A stretch of 64,000 nucleotides of DNA from Mobula hypostoma (GCF_963921235.1 NC_086097.1:144276001-144340000), one strand, 5' to 3'; counted from the first letter of the stretch, positions 51,801-64,000 are shown. Numbers and translations are program-made. The notes: generated by a model not told the origin, from the sequence alone.

Positions 51801-53174
51801 CTCTGCATGTATCTGTACTTCCCAGGCTCTCTTTCCGTTATTAATAGTAATGCTACAACCATGAGTAGATGCTCCCTGCTGATCATTTCTAGCCACATGT
51901 ATTCCTCATCCCTACTCTGTTGTTTTTTTTTTGACATCTTCTGCATGTGGAACCGACAGATGTTGAAGGGAAAAGTGGCCATGCAGCTTTCATCCTATGC
52001 CAGTGTTCCTTTACAAATGATAAAAAGTGTCTATATGAGAAGTGACTTTGTTCTACTCTATTCCATGTGCATTACATGGTGGATGGGGTGAGTTAGACAG
52101 GAGAACCTGCGCACAATTAGATTTTCTGTGAAAATACATCTTGAGAAGAATCCGCTATGACCTCCATCCAGTGTCTTCTGCAGTGCTGGAGGTGGATCTT
52201 CCTGCCCTTCATCCTCCATCTTCTGTTGCCTGAGGAGCTCAAACAAGGTCTGGGTCTCGTCCTGGTTGGGTCATATAGTATTATGAAACAGACAATGACG
52301 TAGAAGGAATCCTCTCAAGTGAGTACTGAGGGGCATCTCAAAAGTAACAATGTGTAAATGGTTATTTCTCATTTCACTTTGGTAAACTCATTTGGATAAT
52401 GCTGAAAACACAACACTATGTGATTATGTTTCTAGAGCACTGTTTCATTTCTATCACGCAACATAGACAGGAACCATTTAGTCTATTTTACTTGCACAGG
52501 TTCTTTGAAGGAACTATGCAATTATTCCTAAACCATTTGACTTTTAGTGTCAGCCCTGCCATTTTGTTCATGTTGCATGATATCACCTGTTTTCTTTCTT
52601 TTATTCTGTTCCTTCTGCAATTATTTTTATTTATAGAAAATAACTCTGGAAGTGAATAAGACTTCTACTTAACTACACCTTGCTAAACGTGGTGGAGAAA
52701 GTACAAAGAATTGAGATGTATGCAGAAACATAACTCAAAATATTTTGAAAAAATTTAGAAGGGAAAATCAAAATCTCTCTTTCCTTTGTAATATTGATAA
52801 GCCTGAAGATTAAACTATTATTTACCAGTCTCAAAATACACTCACTAATCTCCATTATGATAAGCAATCAATAATATGGGTGCAAGTTAACAGACCATTA
52901 TTAATATACATTAGCTGCATATTAATAATAAAACACCACCAAAACTGAAATCTATTCAATATTCACATAAACAATCCAACTATATTAATGTATATTGGCA
53001 GTTAATTGTGAAGCCAATCACTCATCGCTGTTTCCATCAATACATATTAAAGTTAAAACATATTTGTAACATGCTTACAGTAGGCATGCCATAAGCATGT
53101 TCATATTGAAACATACAACAATTTATTGGTACTAAGTTTAAATAGTATATCAACAATAACATATACCAGAAATA

Positions 53175-53487
53175 AACTAATAAAAATAAGCATCCATTAG
53201 TCTCATGAGACCATGGATTTGTGCTTTGGAAGGTTTCCAGGGCGCAGGCCTGGGCAAGGTTGTATGGAAGACTAGCAGTTGCCCATGCTGCAGGTCTCCT
53301 TTCTCTACACCACTGATGTTGTCCAAGGGAAGGGCATTAGGACCTATACAGCTTGGCACCGGTGTCATTGCAAAGCAATGTGTGGTTAAATGCCTTGCTC
53401 AAGGACACACATGCTGCCTCAGCCAAGGCTCGAACTAGCGACCTTCAAATCACTAGACGAACGCCTTAACCACTTGGCCACGCACCA
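53175..53487 (-). mobile_element. tRNA-derived CORE-like SINE, family B
   Basis: Reverse complement of the 48035-48339 family; TSD accagaaata at 53165-53174 and 53488-53497. Confidence 0.85.
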
Positions 53488-54704
53488 ACCAGAAATATAC
53501 TACAATGCAGCCAAAACAACATCCATCAGGATTGTGTCTCTTGCAATTCCATATATCACCAGCCAATATCAAAGCAATTCCAATACAATATCAACATTAT
53601 TATACAGTAGCACTGCACAGATATTAACATATGTCCAGACTACCCCAAAATACCAGCTATTTTTAATTTCTCTTCCCAAAATATACCAGAATCATAAAAA
53701 ACCCAAAACAAAACCAACAACATTCCAATACAAATACTTTGCAAGGGATATATGTCATTATTGAAATATACAAGGCATAATATGGTAATTGTAGCACAGA
53801 AACAGAATATTTGGTATAAAAGATATTTTCATCCCTCCAGCCTTTTCCATCCAACCCCATTACTAAATCATTTTTTAATGTGTGTTAATCTATCTTCTGC
53901 AAACAGAATTATGCTCTTGGCCTGAGCCTTTTTATTTGATGAGGTTTCAAATTCTAATCAATGTGTGAAATTTCTCCAGAATTTCTTCTTGGATCCATTA
54001 GTAACTGACACTGGATTCTGGTCTCATGCACTTTCATAATCTTAGATTTCTACAGTATATGTTCTTTCTCCACTCTTCTCTCATAAATATTCTTGGTCTC
54101 TTATCTTTCCTGCTCAGTACAAACTATCCACCTGGGTATTATTCTAGTATGTCTACATTCCAATTTTTTCACTGCACCTACCTTTTACACATAATATGAA
54201 TACCAGAATTGTGTGTAGCTCTTGAAGTATGATATAATCAAAGTAATATTGCTTAGGAGAGACTGACAGGGCTAAGGTAGAGTCAAATCCCATAAGTATG
54301 ATAGGAATGCTCTGGTGTTCTAGATTATTAATCCTCTCTACTGTTAATGACACTCAACAATTCAACATCATCTTTCAATTTACTTTTATCACTTTCAACA
54401 CATTCCAGTCATATATCGATATTGGCAGTCACCGGTAACATATCAATGGTAATCCACACCAACAATACAACAACACCATGCCTGCTAAATATTGATTCTA
54501 AAACATACTAGTATTATATCATTATTGGAATATACAATCAGGATAGCAGAACTCATTTTCCCCTATCATTTCATTCTAGCTAGTGTTATACGAGTTGTTC
54601 TCTAATCTCAATTACAAAATATACAAGATTAGGCAAAACTGAAAGATTGTGGCCAAAGTTTATGACAGTTTCAAGGGTTTATGCCACCACTGGGTACCTA
54701 ATTC

Positions 54705-55125
54705 CATAAGATTATAAGACCATAAGACAGAAAAAGCAGAATTAGGCCATTCGACCCATTGAGTCTGCTCTGCCATTTCATCCTGGCTGATTTATTATTC
54801 CTCTCAACCCCAATTCAATTGCCTTCTCCCCATAACTTTTCACACCCTTACTAATCGAGAAGCTATCTAACTCTGTTTTAAATATACCCAATGAATTGCC
54901 CCCCACATCTATCTGTGGCAATAGATTCCACAAATTTACCACCTTCTGGCTAAAGAAATACCTCCTCATATCTAATCTAAAGGGACGTTCTCCTACTCTG
55001 AGGCTGCGCCCTCTGGACCTGTGTTCTCCCATAATAGGAAACATTTTCTCTTCATCCACTCTATATTCAATAGATTTCATTGATATCCCCCTCATTTCTT
55101 AACTCCAACAAGTACAAGCCCTGAG
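54705..55125 (-). mobile_element. CR1 3' end
   Basis: ORF 54778-55095 FFSQKVVNLWNLLP; (cataagac) tail repeats. Confidence 0.8.
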
Positions 55126-56519
55126 CTCCTCATACCAAATACCCCTCATTCAGCCAACTATTGGTGCTAATGGCATGTCTGCAGTTTTGTCCAGCTGTGT
55201 TCTTCTACTATAGCAACAATAACATTCCTACTATAATTTACCATATAAACAGCAAAATATTTACATACCATATACCAATCCTACACATTTGGAGTCCCTC
55301 CTACGTCTCTGAAATGAACTGTTTCCTTTCAACTTTTCATAATTAGATATATTAATTTTATACTATCAGCTAGCATTCTTCCATATTCCCTCAAAGCCCA
55401 TCCAATCTTGCTTTTGACTAACCTATTATGTATTTCATAGTCTTCATAATGAGTTTTAGTATTGTTGAGCATTTAACAAATAACTTTCTAATTATTTTTA
55501 GTCTAATTAAAATTTTTCCATTTATCTTTAGACTTCTTTGAACAATTCCATATTTCAAGAGTTGATCTTATCATCTCTATTAACCTTTCAGCCTATTAAT
55601 TTGGACCAGAGACAGTTTGTTACCATCCTTAAATTTAACTAAACTTGCATGCTGTTATAGTTTTCCATCTCTGCTCATGGAACAGAGAATATTACAGCAC
55701 AGTACAGGCTCTTCATCCCACGATACAGTGCCGATCTTCTCTAAAATCAATTTATCCCTTCCATCTTACACAGCCCTCCATTTTCTTACATCCTTCAACC
55801 TTTCTAAGAGTTTCTTAAATGCTCCTAATGATTTTGCCTCTATCATTATCCCTGGTAGGGAGTTCTATGCACTCACCACTCTCAGTGTAAAAGCCTTACC
55901 TCAGTTCTGCTCCTTGTAATCTGTTCCTCTTAAATTCCAAGAACTGAATGAAATGGATTTCTCAAGGAACATCCCACAAAGTAGTGCTGAGTTCATTTTA
56001 AGAACATTGCTCAGACTGACCCCATGTTTTACCTTTATTCCAGTGCATCTTGGGATAGTTAAAGTTACCCAATATTATTGCCCTTTCTTTTGTCCTTGCG
56101 TATCTCTCTGAATTGTCTCCTTATATCTCATCTCCACTGTTTGGTGGCCTGTAATGTACAACAAGGATTTACATTTGCATTTCTTAACTTTAATGACATG
56201 GATTCCATCCCAACATGACTCCCTAGGACGTAAATACACTTTAGCTATCCATCAAAGCCCTTTATCACCACTGCCAAACTTTACTTATTTTCTCAAAATA
56301 TTGTAATTGAGAATAACCTTTTTTTGTCCCTGCTATGTGTTTGACTCAGCTGTTTTCCTAGGTCGTACATTCCCAACCCAAAGCTATTGCTAAGACGTAT
56401 CTACATCACTCTGTAGAAGACCTGGTGTCCAGCACTGCTGTGGACCTTTGCCAGTGGAAGACCTTCTGCCCTTTATCTTGAGCTGCTGTCTGTACTTGAG
56501 TGGCCTGGCAGACCCGCCT

Positions 56520-57251
56520 CTGGCCCATATCCCTCTAAGCCTTTCCGTTTCACACACCTGCCCTAAAACCCTTTAGGTGTTGTTAACTTACATGCCTCAA
56601 TTACTTCCCCAGGCAGCTCATTCCATATATTGACCACCCTCCGGGTGAAAAGGATGCTCTTCAGGTTCATATTAAATCTCACTATTCTCACCTCGAACAA
56701 ATGCTGTCTTTTCTTGATTACCCAACCTTGGGCTAAAGATTGTGCATATTCACCATATCTCTACCCCTCATGATTTTGTACACCTCGATTATATGATCCT
56801 CAATCTTCCATACTCCAGTGACTGAAGTATAACATTTCTCTGGAACCCAATTCCTGGAGCCACAGTAAGAGCCGCATAAATCTTATCTGCAGTCTTCCAC
56901 CTTAATGGCAGTTTTGCTATGGCAGAGTGATCAAAACTGAACACAATATTCCAAGTGCTGCCTCGTTGATGTTCCTTTCTAACGCAACATAACATCCTGA
57001 TGTCTACACTCATTTTCCTGACTGATGAAGGCCAGTATGCCAAAAGATTTCTTCACCATGCTGTCTACCTGGGACTTCATTTTCACAGTCAAAGTAAATT
57101 TAATATCAAAGTATGTATATATCACCAAATACTACCCTGAGATTCATTTTCTTGCAGGCATTAACAGTAGAACAAAGAGGTACTATAGAATCATTGAAAA
57201 ATTACACACAAAGACTGACAAGCTGTGCAAATACAAAAAGAAACAAGTAAC

Positions 57252-57289
<38 letters not shown>

Positions 57290-58080
57290 CAAATAAACAA
57301 TTAAATAATACTGAGAACATGAGTTGTAGAGTCTTTGAAAGTGGGACCAGAGGTTATGTTCAATGATTAGTACAGTATTCTGGTGAGTGAAGATGTTCAT
57401 GCTGGTTCAGTAGCCTAATGGTTGAATGGCAATTCTTCCTGACTCTAAGGCTGTTGTACCCCCTTTCTGATTTCAGCAGAGAGAAGAGAGCATGGCCTGG
57501 AAGGTGGGGGTTATTGATATTGGAGGAGTGCAATGAACTGGGCTGTGTCCACCACCTTTTGTAGGCTGTTTAGTTCTTGGGCATTGATGCTTTCATACCA
57601 GGCCATGATGCAACCAGTCAGGATATTGTCCACTGTGCATCTATAGAAGTTTTAGATGACATTTTGCATCTGTGCAAACTTCTAAGAAAGTAGAAATGCT
57701 GCTGTGCTTTCTTTCAAAATGTCATTTCATGCTGATCCCAAGGTAGATTCACCGATATGACAACGCCCAGGAATTTAAAGTTGTTGACCCTCTCCACCTC
57801 CGATTCCCTAATAAACACTGGCTCATGGACCCCCAATTACTTCCTCCTGTAGTCAATGTGTACATGTATTCTTAGGACTTTCTGTCCTACCACACTCCCC
57901 AACGCCCTACAATCCACTATGAAAGTGCTACCCTGATTTGCCTTCCTAAATGTAACATCTTGCACTCACCTGAATTTCCCATTCCTCAACCCTCTTACCC
58001 AATTGATTAAGTTCTCTCCGTAATTTCTGATAACCATCTTCACTGTCTATGACACCACCTAGTTTAGTGTCATCTGCAGA
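56520..58080 (-). mobile_element. Old CR1 fragment with a nested Rex1/Babar-like element (about 57088-57857, minus) containing (TAA)n at 57253-57286
   Basis: CR1 motifs (reverse of ttggaatattgtgttcagttt; gtcatctgca = FADD) flank a Rex tail caaagtaaatttaatatcaaag and a reverse FYRCTV...WY segment. Confidence 0.65.
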
Positions 58081-58385
58081 TTATCTCAGATCTATAAGGT
58101 ATTAGAATTGTTGATCCATTTTATCTTCACAAACTATTTGGGAGTGCATTCTTTTTAAATGTTGTGACAAAATGTACAATTTCCACACAAACAAAAAGTT
58201 TTGAATTGCTGCCAGTTTCTCTCTTGTAATTTCACAACTGTACTCCAATATTGGCTTCTTGGTCAGTCCAGTGAGGCTGTGACAGCTTCCCAGCAATACA
58301 CTGGGCAATCTTCCTAACAAACTTCAATTCACAACTCAGTTCTTCTTTAACAGAGTGGAAAAATTGTGAAGGAGCAAGCCAGTAA

Positions 58386-59354
58386 CAATAGACAACAATT
58401 TTTTGAAGCTCTTGTTTCCTCAGAATTCTTCTGTGATAATGATAGAATGCTTAAAATTGAACACAAATATAATTTTGGACCGCTAGTATCACATAGAAAT
58501 TCAAAGAAACAAGAATTTAAATTTTATTGAATATAATGTGTTTAATGGCATCACAGTGCTGACACTTTGCAAATAGTTCAACTGAGTTCAAATGTTTTGT
58601 TGATAATTTTCATTTGTAACTCAGTGTCTGAAGCTTCTCACTTAAGTGCCCAAAAATAATCAGCCAGCTTTGATGGATTCCAGTTGCTCTGATACCATTT
58701 CTCCATGACAGCAATGTCTTGGTGAAACCTTTCAACAGCGCCAGGATTTGCAAATCTAAATAGGAATGCTACAAATGAGGGATTCCCAGGCTTTGTCTTG
58801 GTCACCAAATTTACACTGAAGTTACAGCTTGTAGCTTTCTTAATAAGAGGAATCATGCTCCGTCTTTGAGATTTAAGCATACACTCGCCACAAATACAAC
58901 AGAAAGCTTTGAAACGGCTCCAACATTGGTGAGACACTTTGCTATCACAAATATTCCTGAAAATACAATTATGTTATTATAATGAGTACACACAACATGC
59001 TATGTGCATACAGCATGCACATCAATGTGATCGCAAACCAATATACATGTAAATGCAATGCAGAGAATGGTTGTGTGTGATACTTTCATAGCCTTTCTAA
59101 AATTTGTCCTGGCATGCAGTGCCCACCCTGCCTAAGCATGCCCAGGCATGCCTGGACAAGATAGAAACCTTTCCAGCTTACATTGTAGGCAACAATATAA
59201 TTGACTTGAATTATGAATTGAAACAACAAATATATGCAATTACAAAAAATGGTGCATTTTAGGGCAATTTCATGGTGATTTTCATGGTCAGCAGCCCAAA
59301 ATCCATAAGATACACCTAAAAGTATTCAGGAAACAAAATCTTTGTAGTCTAGTG
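58386..59354 (-). mobile_element. Internally deleted Chapaev3-like (CMC) DNA transposon
   Basis: Ends caatagacaacaa... and ...tttgtagtctagtg with TAA TSD (58383-58385, 59355-59357). Ends match 26053-26821. ORF 58638-58937 joins an N-terminal FCCICGECMLKSQRRS to a C-terminal ERFHQDIAVMEKWYQSNWNPSKLADYFW. Confidence 0.82.
59134..59153. promoter_or_regulatory. Perfect p53-family response element inside the Chapaev3-like element
   Basis: AAGCATGCCC AGGCATGCCT = 2x RRRCWWGYYY with zero spacer; a third half-site GGACAAGATA (8/10) is adjacent. Confidence 0.6.
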
Positions 59355-59747
59355 TAATCAGATTATTTACAATTTTTACAATTAATTCAGTTCAATGTTG
59401 CATCTTCAGCTGTTTATAAGCAGTTTAAATGTACTTTAGTGTTTAATATATTGTTTAAAATTATAATTTTTAATTGTTTGATTGTAGATACATACAGAAT
59501 TTTTTTGAGTTTTCTGACAAGTTTTGCTAGCTTTCTGATGCCAGGAGCAATGGTTAGCCAGACATCAAAGAAGTTGTTTAGAGTTTTTAAGCATGGAACT
59601 TGTTTGATTTCTCCTCTTGCCTCCCTCTCAGTGCCAGCAAAACATTACACAAGCCCTAACTACTGTACAATGAGCTGGTTTGGGAGGAGCTGACTGTAGC
59701 AGAAGTTGTGATAACATGTAGATCAGAAGTATGCATGCGTTGCTTGC

Positions 59748-59915
59748 AAAACGCAAATACAAGGAAATCTGTAGATGCTGGAAATTCAAGCAACACACAT
59801 AAAAAATGCTGGTGAATGCAGCAGGCCAGGCAACATCTATAGGAAGAGGTACAATCGACGTTTCGGGCCGAGACATCAACTGTACCTCTTCCTATAGATG
59901 ATGTGTGGCTTGTTG
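59748..59915. repeat. Penelope-type repeat folded back on itself (inverted junction)
   Basis: Perfect 20-bp arms catctataggaagaggtaca (59834-59853) and tgtacctcttcctatagatg (59881-59900). Confidence 0.85.
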
Positions 59916-60674
59916 CTGGTTTTCGTCCAATTTTTCTTTTGTTCAGCACTTGTTTGTTTGTTCTTTTCCTTACAACTAATTATCTTGTATTCAATCTGGG
60001 CTCTATGCCTAGCAAGAGACTTTATGTTGCTCACTTGACTTAACTTCAATGTAAGTCATTCTACTTTACAAACAATGAGTGTTACTGCATTGTTCCTATT
60101 ATTATAATGCAGGGAGGTGTTTCCTTAAAGTTCGCTTTGCCTGTCTTGTTATCCAAGACAGGCCTTAACAGTAGAACCCAACTTCACATGTTACTGTCAG
60201 GAGATCACAATTACACTTTTGCCAGTGCATACCATACCCACTAAGATTTTATTCTCATTGAGAATGCTCACAGGGCACCTACAGTATTAGCACAGTGTAA
60301 ATAGAAAACAGAATTAGTAAAGTATAAAAGATACCCAGTTTCTATTTTATCTTGGGTATTCTTACAGTAATGCGAAATAAATTCAAGTAATGTCTGGAAA
60401 GCCATTTGGCCCTTGGTCATGGGATCATTGGATCATGAAGTCAAACAGCACAGAAACAAGCACTTCTGTCCATTATGTCTATGTCGACCATCTATACTCA
60501 CCCCATTTACCAGGATTTGGTCTGTAGATTTCTATATCTTTGCAATTCAAGTGTTTATCCAAATAGTTCTTAAATGGTGTACAAATCCCTGCCTCCACCA
60601 CCTACAGGTTTCAAACACCCTCTGGGTGAAAAAACTATGCTTCATCAGATCCTTTAGAAACCTCTTATCCTTTA

Positions 60675-60810
60675 CTCCATCGGAACTGATGAAGGGTCTC
60701 GGCCAAAATGTCGACTGTTTGCTCTTTTGCATAGATGCTGTCTTGCCTGCTGAGTTCTTCCAGCATTTTGTGTGTATTGCTTGGATTTCCAGCATCTACA
60801 GATTTTCCTA
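60675..60810 (+). mobile_element. Penelope-type repeat with a degenerate hammerhead
   Basis: ctgatgaagggtctcggccaaaatgtcgactg (GAAA box lost), followed by the family tail. Confidence 0.7.
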
Positions 60811-62109
60811 TCTCTGTTCTTCTGGAAGGCATGTCAAGGCAATTTGGTAAGATAAGCTCAGATTCAGAACAATAAAAAATGTTTACTTAACTCGGTTAGA
60901 AACATTAACGAACATGTAGATTTATTCTCACTTAAAAAATGTAAATCAATAAAATTGCCATGTTTCCCTTGATTAAAACAATTTCTTATCTTGACAGAAG
61001 TGTGTGGACCTTCTCTTCCTTGTAAGACCTCACACTGTTACCTTACAGTGAATGAGTTTGTCTGCATAATAATTTTGTAATAAGTAGAATTCAGTTGAGA
61101 TCAACTGAGTGCCTACTGTCAAGGATCTAGTAACATAATGGATTTGTCTATCAATTATTTTTTAATCTCCCATTTCCTTCACATCACTATTGTAGACCTG
61201 TACTTAATCGACTAAGAATTCTTCTATAAACCCTCCATCTGTCTCTCCTCCTTTGAGGCCAGGATTTTGTTCAATGTCTTAATATACCCTATTTGATTCA
61301 GTGTCAGTCATATAAAGCACCATTGGAATGTTTGCTTCAGCACACTTTTGATATAAGTGCATATTGATCTTTGTTCTCGACTATTGGGGTCTATTAAAAT
61401 TTAGTTCAATAAATCCACCATTTCTGGGGTTTGATTGAAACTTTCCTGATTTGCATGATTCAGCTATTGATGATTGCAATCATCTGAACAATGGAACTTC
61501 AAGCAATTTTGAAGTAAATTGACTGATGGACACTTTCATTTTGCAAGGGTGATTAAGCATTTCACAGTCAAAAAGTCCTGATTGTGGTTTGGCTGGAGTC
61601 CAATGACTAGCAGCATTAACCTTCAAAGACTGAGTAGATCATTTATAGTGCATTTAAAAAAAATCCCATGAATTATCCGATAATGTATTTAATGGTACCT
61701 TTTGGCTTGTGTTTTGTTGTCCCATCCCATGATATTAGCTATTTCACTTTGTAAAAGTTGAACATGATTAGCTGAATTCACCTGGAGTTAAAATGTTTAT
61801 GTGGTATTGTTAAAGGTTAATTTGGAAACACTCCTGTCACTTTTTGGGAGATTCATATTAAAACCTGCCTCAGTGATTAATAAATATTATCTATCAACAT
61901 CATACAAAGTTTAATCCCCACTGGAATACACCCTATTTAGCAATCCAAACCAAATTCATTCACCATTGATGGGCATTTCACGTCATGTTCCTTGTTCAGG
62001 TCTTATAGATAAGTGTTCACAATTTACAATGTATCTCTATTTTAAAACTTATTGAAGGCCATTATTTCATACTTTCCTAAAAATTCATAGAGATTCTCCC
62101 AGGCTTTCC

Positions 62110-62688
62110 AGAATGGCAACATAGGCAGATAGAATGATGAAGAGGTGTCTGGCACACTTGCCATCATTGGTCAAGAGTAGAGCTGTGTCATCACGTTACA
62201 ACCATACAAGATGTTGGTGAAACCACACTGTTTATAATTGTGCTATAAACTATTGAGTCTATAGCTCAATATTCAGGTTGATATGGATATTACTAAGAGT
62301 GGAGGGCTTGAGCTATAAGGAAAGAGTGGATAGGCTGGAGCATAAAAGGCCAAGGGGGTGATCTTAGTTAAAGACTGGTTATGGTCTTTTGGGGAGTCTG
62401 AATATAGAGTGTGCAGATTTAAGGTGAGAATGGTAAGATTTAAAAGGGACTTGAGAGGCAATCTTTTCTCAGAGAGCGCTGGGTATGTGGAACAAGTTGG
62501 CAGCGGAAGAGTAAATGTAGGTACAAATATAATGTTTAAAATACATTTGATTGGTTCATTGATAGGAAAGATTTAGAGGGATACACAGTAGGTCTAATGT
62601 AGGCAAATGAGACTAGCTAGAGTAGGCAACTTGCTTGGCATGGAGGGTTGGGCTATCAACATCCATGCTGTATAACTCTATGACTCCA
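62110..62688 (+). mobile_element. Old CR1 3' fragment
   Basis: Decayed RFKVR..RFKRDLRGNLFS and tail tataactctatgactc. Confidence 0.6.
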
Positions 62689-64000
62689 ATTTGGAAAAAT
62701 CCTTAGAGGCATCTTGAAGCTTGCAACTTGTTTTATATTTTCACTAGTGTTCTATTGAAGTTTCAACAGGTGATCGGGAGAACCATTAGGGTTAATTGAT
62801 AGATCTTCAGAACTATGATCTAAGTTGCTGGGCTTTAGTGCCGGTGATCCGAAATCTCTGAGAGTGTGGTAGAACCTCTATGTCACATATAAACAGGTAT
62901 TTGTTGCATTTCATATAAAGATTGAAACCTAACTGAAGTAAATCCAATGAGGGTTACAGAGTGTCTTTAATAAATTTTAATAGATATATTGATAAATAAT
63001 GTACATCAGTAGACTTGACAACACAATCTAGACTATTGCTTCTTTGTATTGCTGAGGGAAGCTTGTAATGCTGTCTTCTAAATGATTTGCGTTGAATTTC
63101 AGAATCCATTGTATTATTTTTGGAAGAGTCAGAATTCAATTAGCATGATTAACATGACAGAAGAAAACCTATTCTGCCATTTATCACTTATCTGTGTGCA
63201 GCATCTTTCATAATGGCTGACATGCCTCCATCTTAGAAGAATACCTCAACAATAAGTATTGAGATTGAAAACACTTTGAAATATCCTAAGTTCAATAGTT
63301 TTATGTTTCACAGTCAATCCTTTTTGATGTTGAATACTATGCTTAATCCCAATTAAGCTGTCTTTCACATGTTATGTAATTCATTTTGTTGAGGGTCATG
63401 ACCTATTTTTTTACTTGTATTTACACCTCTTACCCTTCGAATTGGTAGCTTGGTATAGCCACAAGGGTAGCAGAGAGTGCTAACACTCTGATTTATTTTC
63501 CTTCCATGCTGGCTAACCCATTGATGGGATCTTGTACTGTCCTTGGATGCACTCAATTGAATCAATACAAAGAAAACATGAGGAGAATTTTAGATTTATT
63601 TGACCTGCATTTGCCATTATCTAGCAAATATAAAATCTTTAGCTTCACCTTCAAATACCTCTATCATCTATAGTAAATAAAGTGATGTCCATAATGCTGA
63701 AGACATACTCTTCACCTATAATTAATCTTTTATGTGAGATAGATACAAACTTTTTAAAAAAAATCTGTTTTCATACCGCGGGCAGCACCTGAGGTGTTTT
63801 TGCTTCGCTGTAACACTTGCACTCTAAGATTGCTGGAATGTAAACTCAATACAATGATTCCACCGGGCAAATACAGGTTACATCAACACTCTAGAATATT
63901 TCATTAATTAACTGCCACTGAAGAATGGTTAACAAGGTGACAGAGCTAAAACCTAATTAAAACTCATAGATGGTTTTATGGTGAATATAAAAGAGGCAGG

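Noticed and set aside
52155..52196. Hairpin acctcca...tggaggt as a pre-miRNA
   Set aside because: The stem is too short and interrupted.
57025..57400. Poly-Ile/poly-Leu ORFs suggesting membrane proteins
   Set aside because: They are translations of a (TAA)n microsatellite inside a LINE 3' UTR.
1..64000. CRISPR arrays, operons or other prokaryotic systems
   Set aside because: The window is spliced vertebrate DNA; no regularly spaced repeat-spacer array was seen.

Overview
Eukaryotic (vertebrate) genomic DNA. The repeat content (HE1-like V-SINEs, abundant CR1 and Rex1/Babar LINEs, Penelope-type repeats) suggests a cartilaginous fish, probably a ray; this is inferred. The only host gene found is wnt3a on the minus strand: coding exons 2 (13082-13323), 3 (3492-3757) and the 5' part of exon 4 (1-292), all with canonical GT-AG sites. 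I did not find exon 1, so 13324-64000 is probably intron 1 (>50 kb). The rest is mostly a mosaic of transposons: CR1 (one near full length with an esterase ORF1), Rex1/Babar, RTE, an R4/Dong fragment, Tc1, Tigger/pogo, PIF/Harbinger, two Chapaev3-like elements and several SINE families. Most notable: (i) a dispersed Penelope-type repeat carrying minimal hammerhead ribozymes, with three intact copies, two of them sense to the wnt3a pre-mRNA, plus fold-back junctions centred on the ribozyme core; (ii) a perfect zero-spacer p53-family site inside a Chapaev3-like transposon; (iii) candidate intronic enhancers (paired TCF/LEF with Smad and Cdx/Hox motifs; a p63/p73-like triple half-site; a T-box/Cdx cluster); (iv) SINEs sharing one head but with swapped tails, one tail borrowed from an RTE-like element with a 5' pseudoknot. 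All calls were made by eye, and boundaries of degenerate repeats are approximate.
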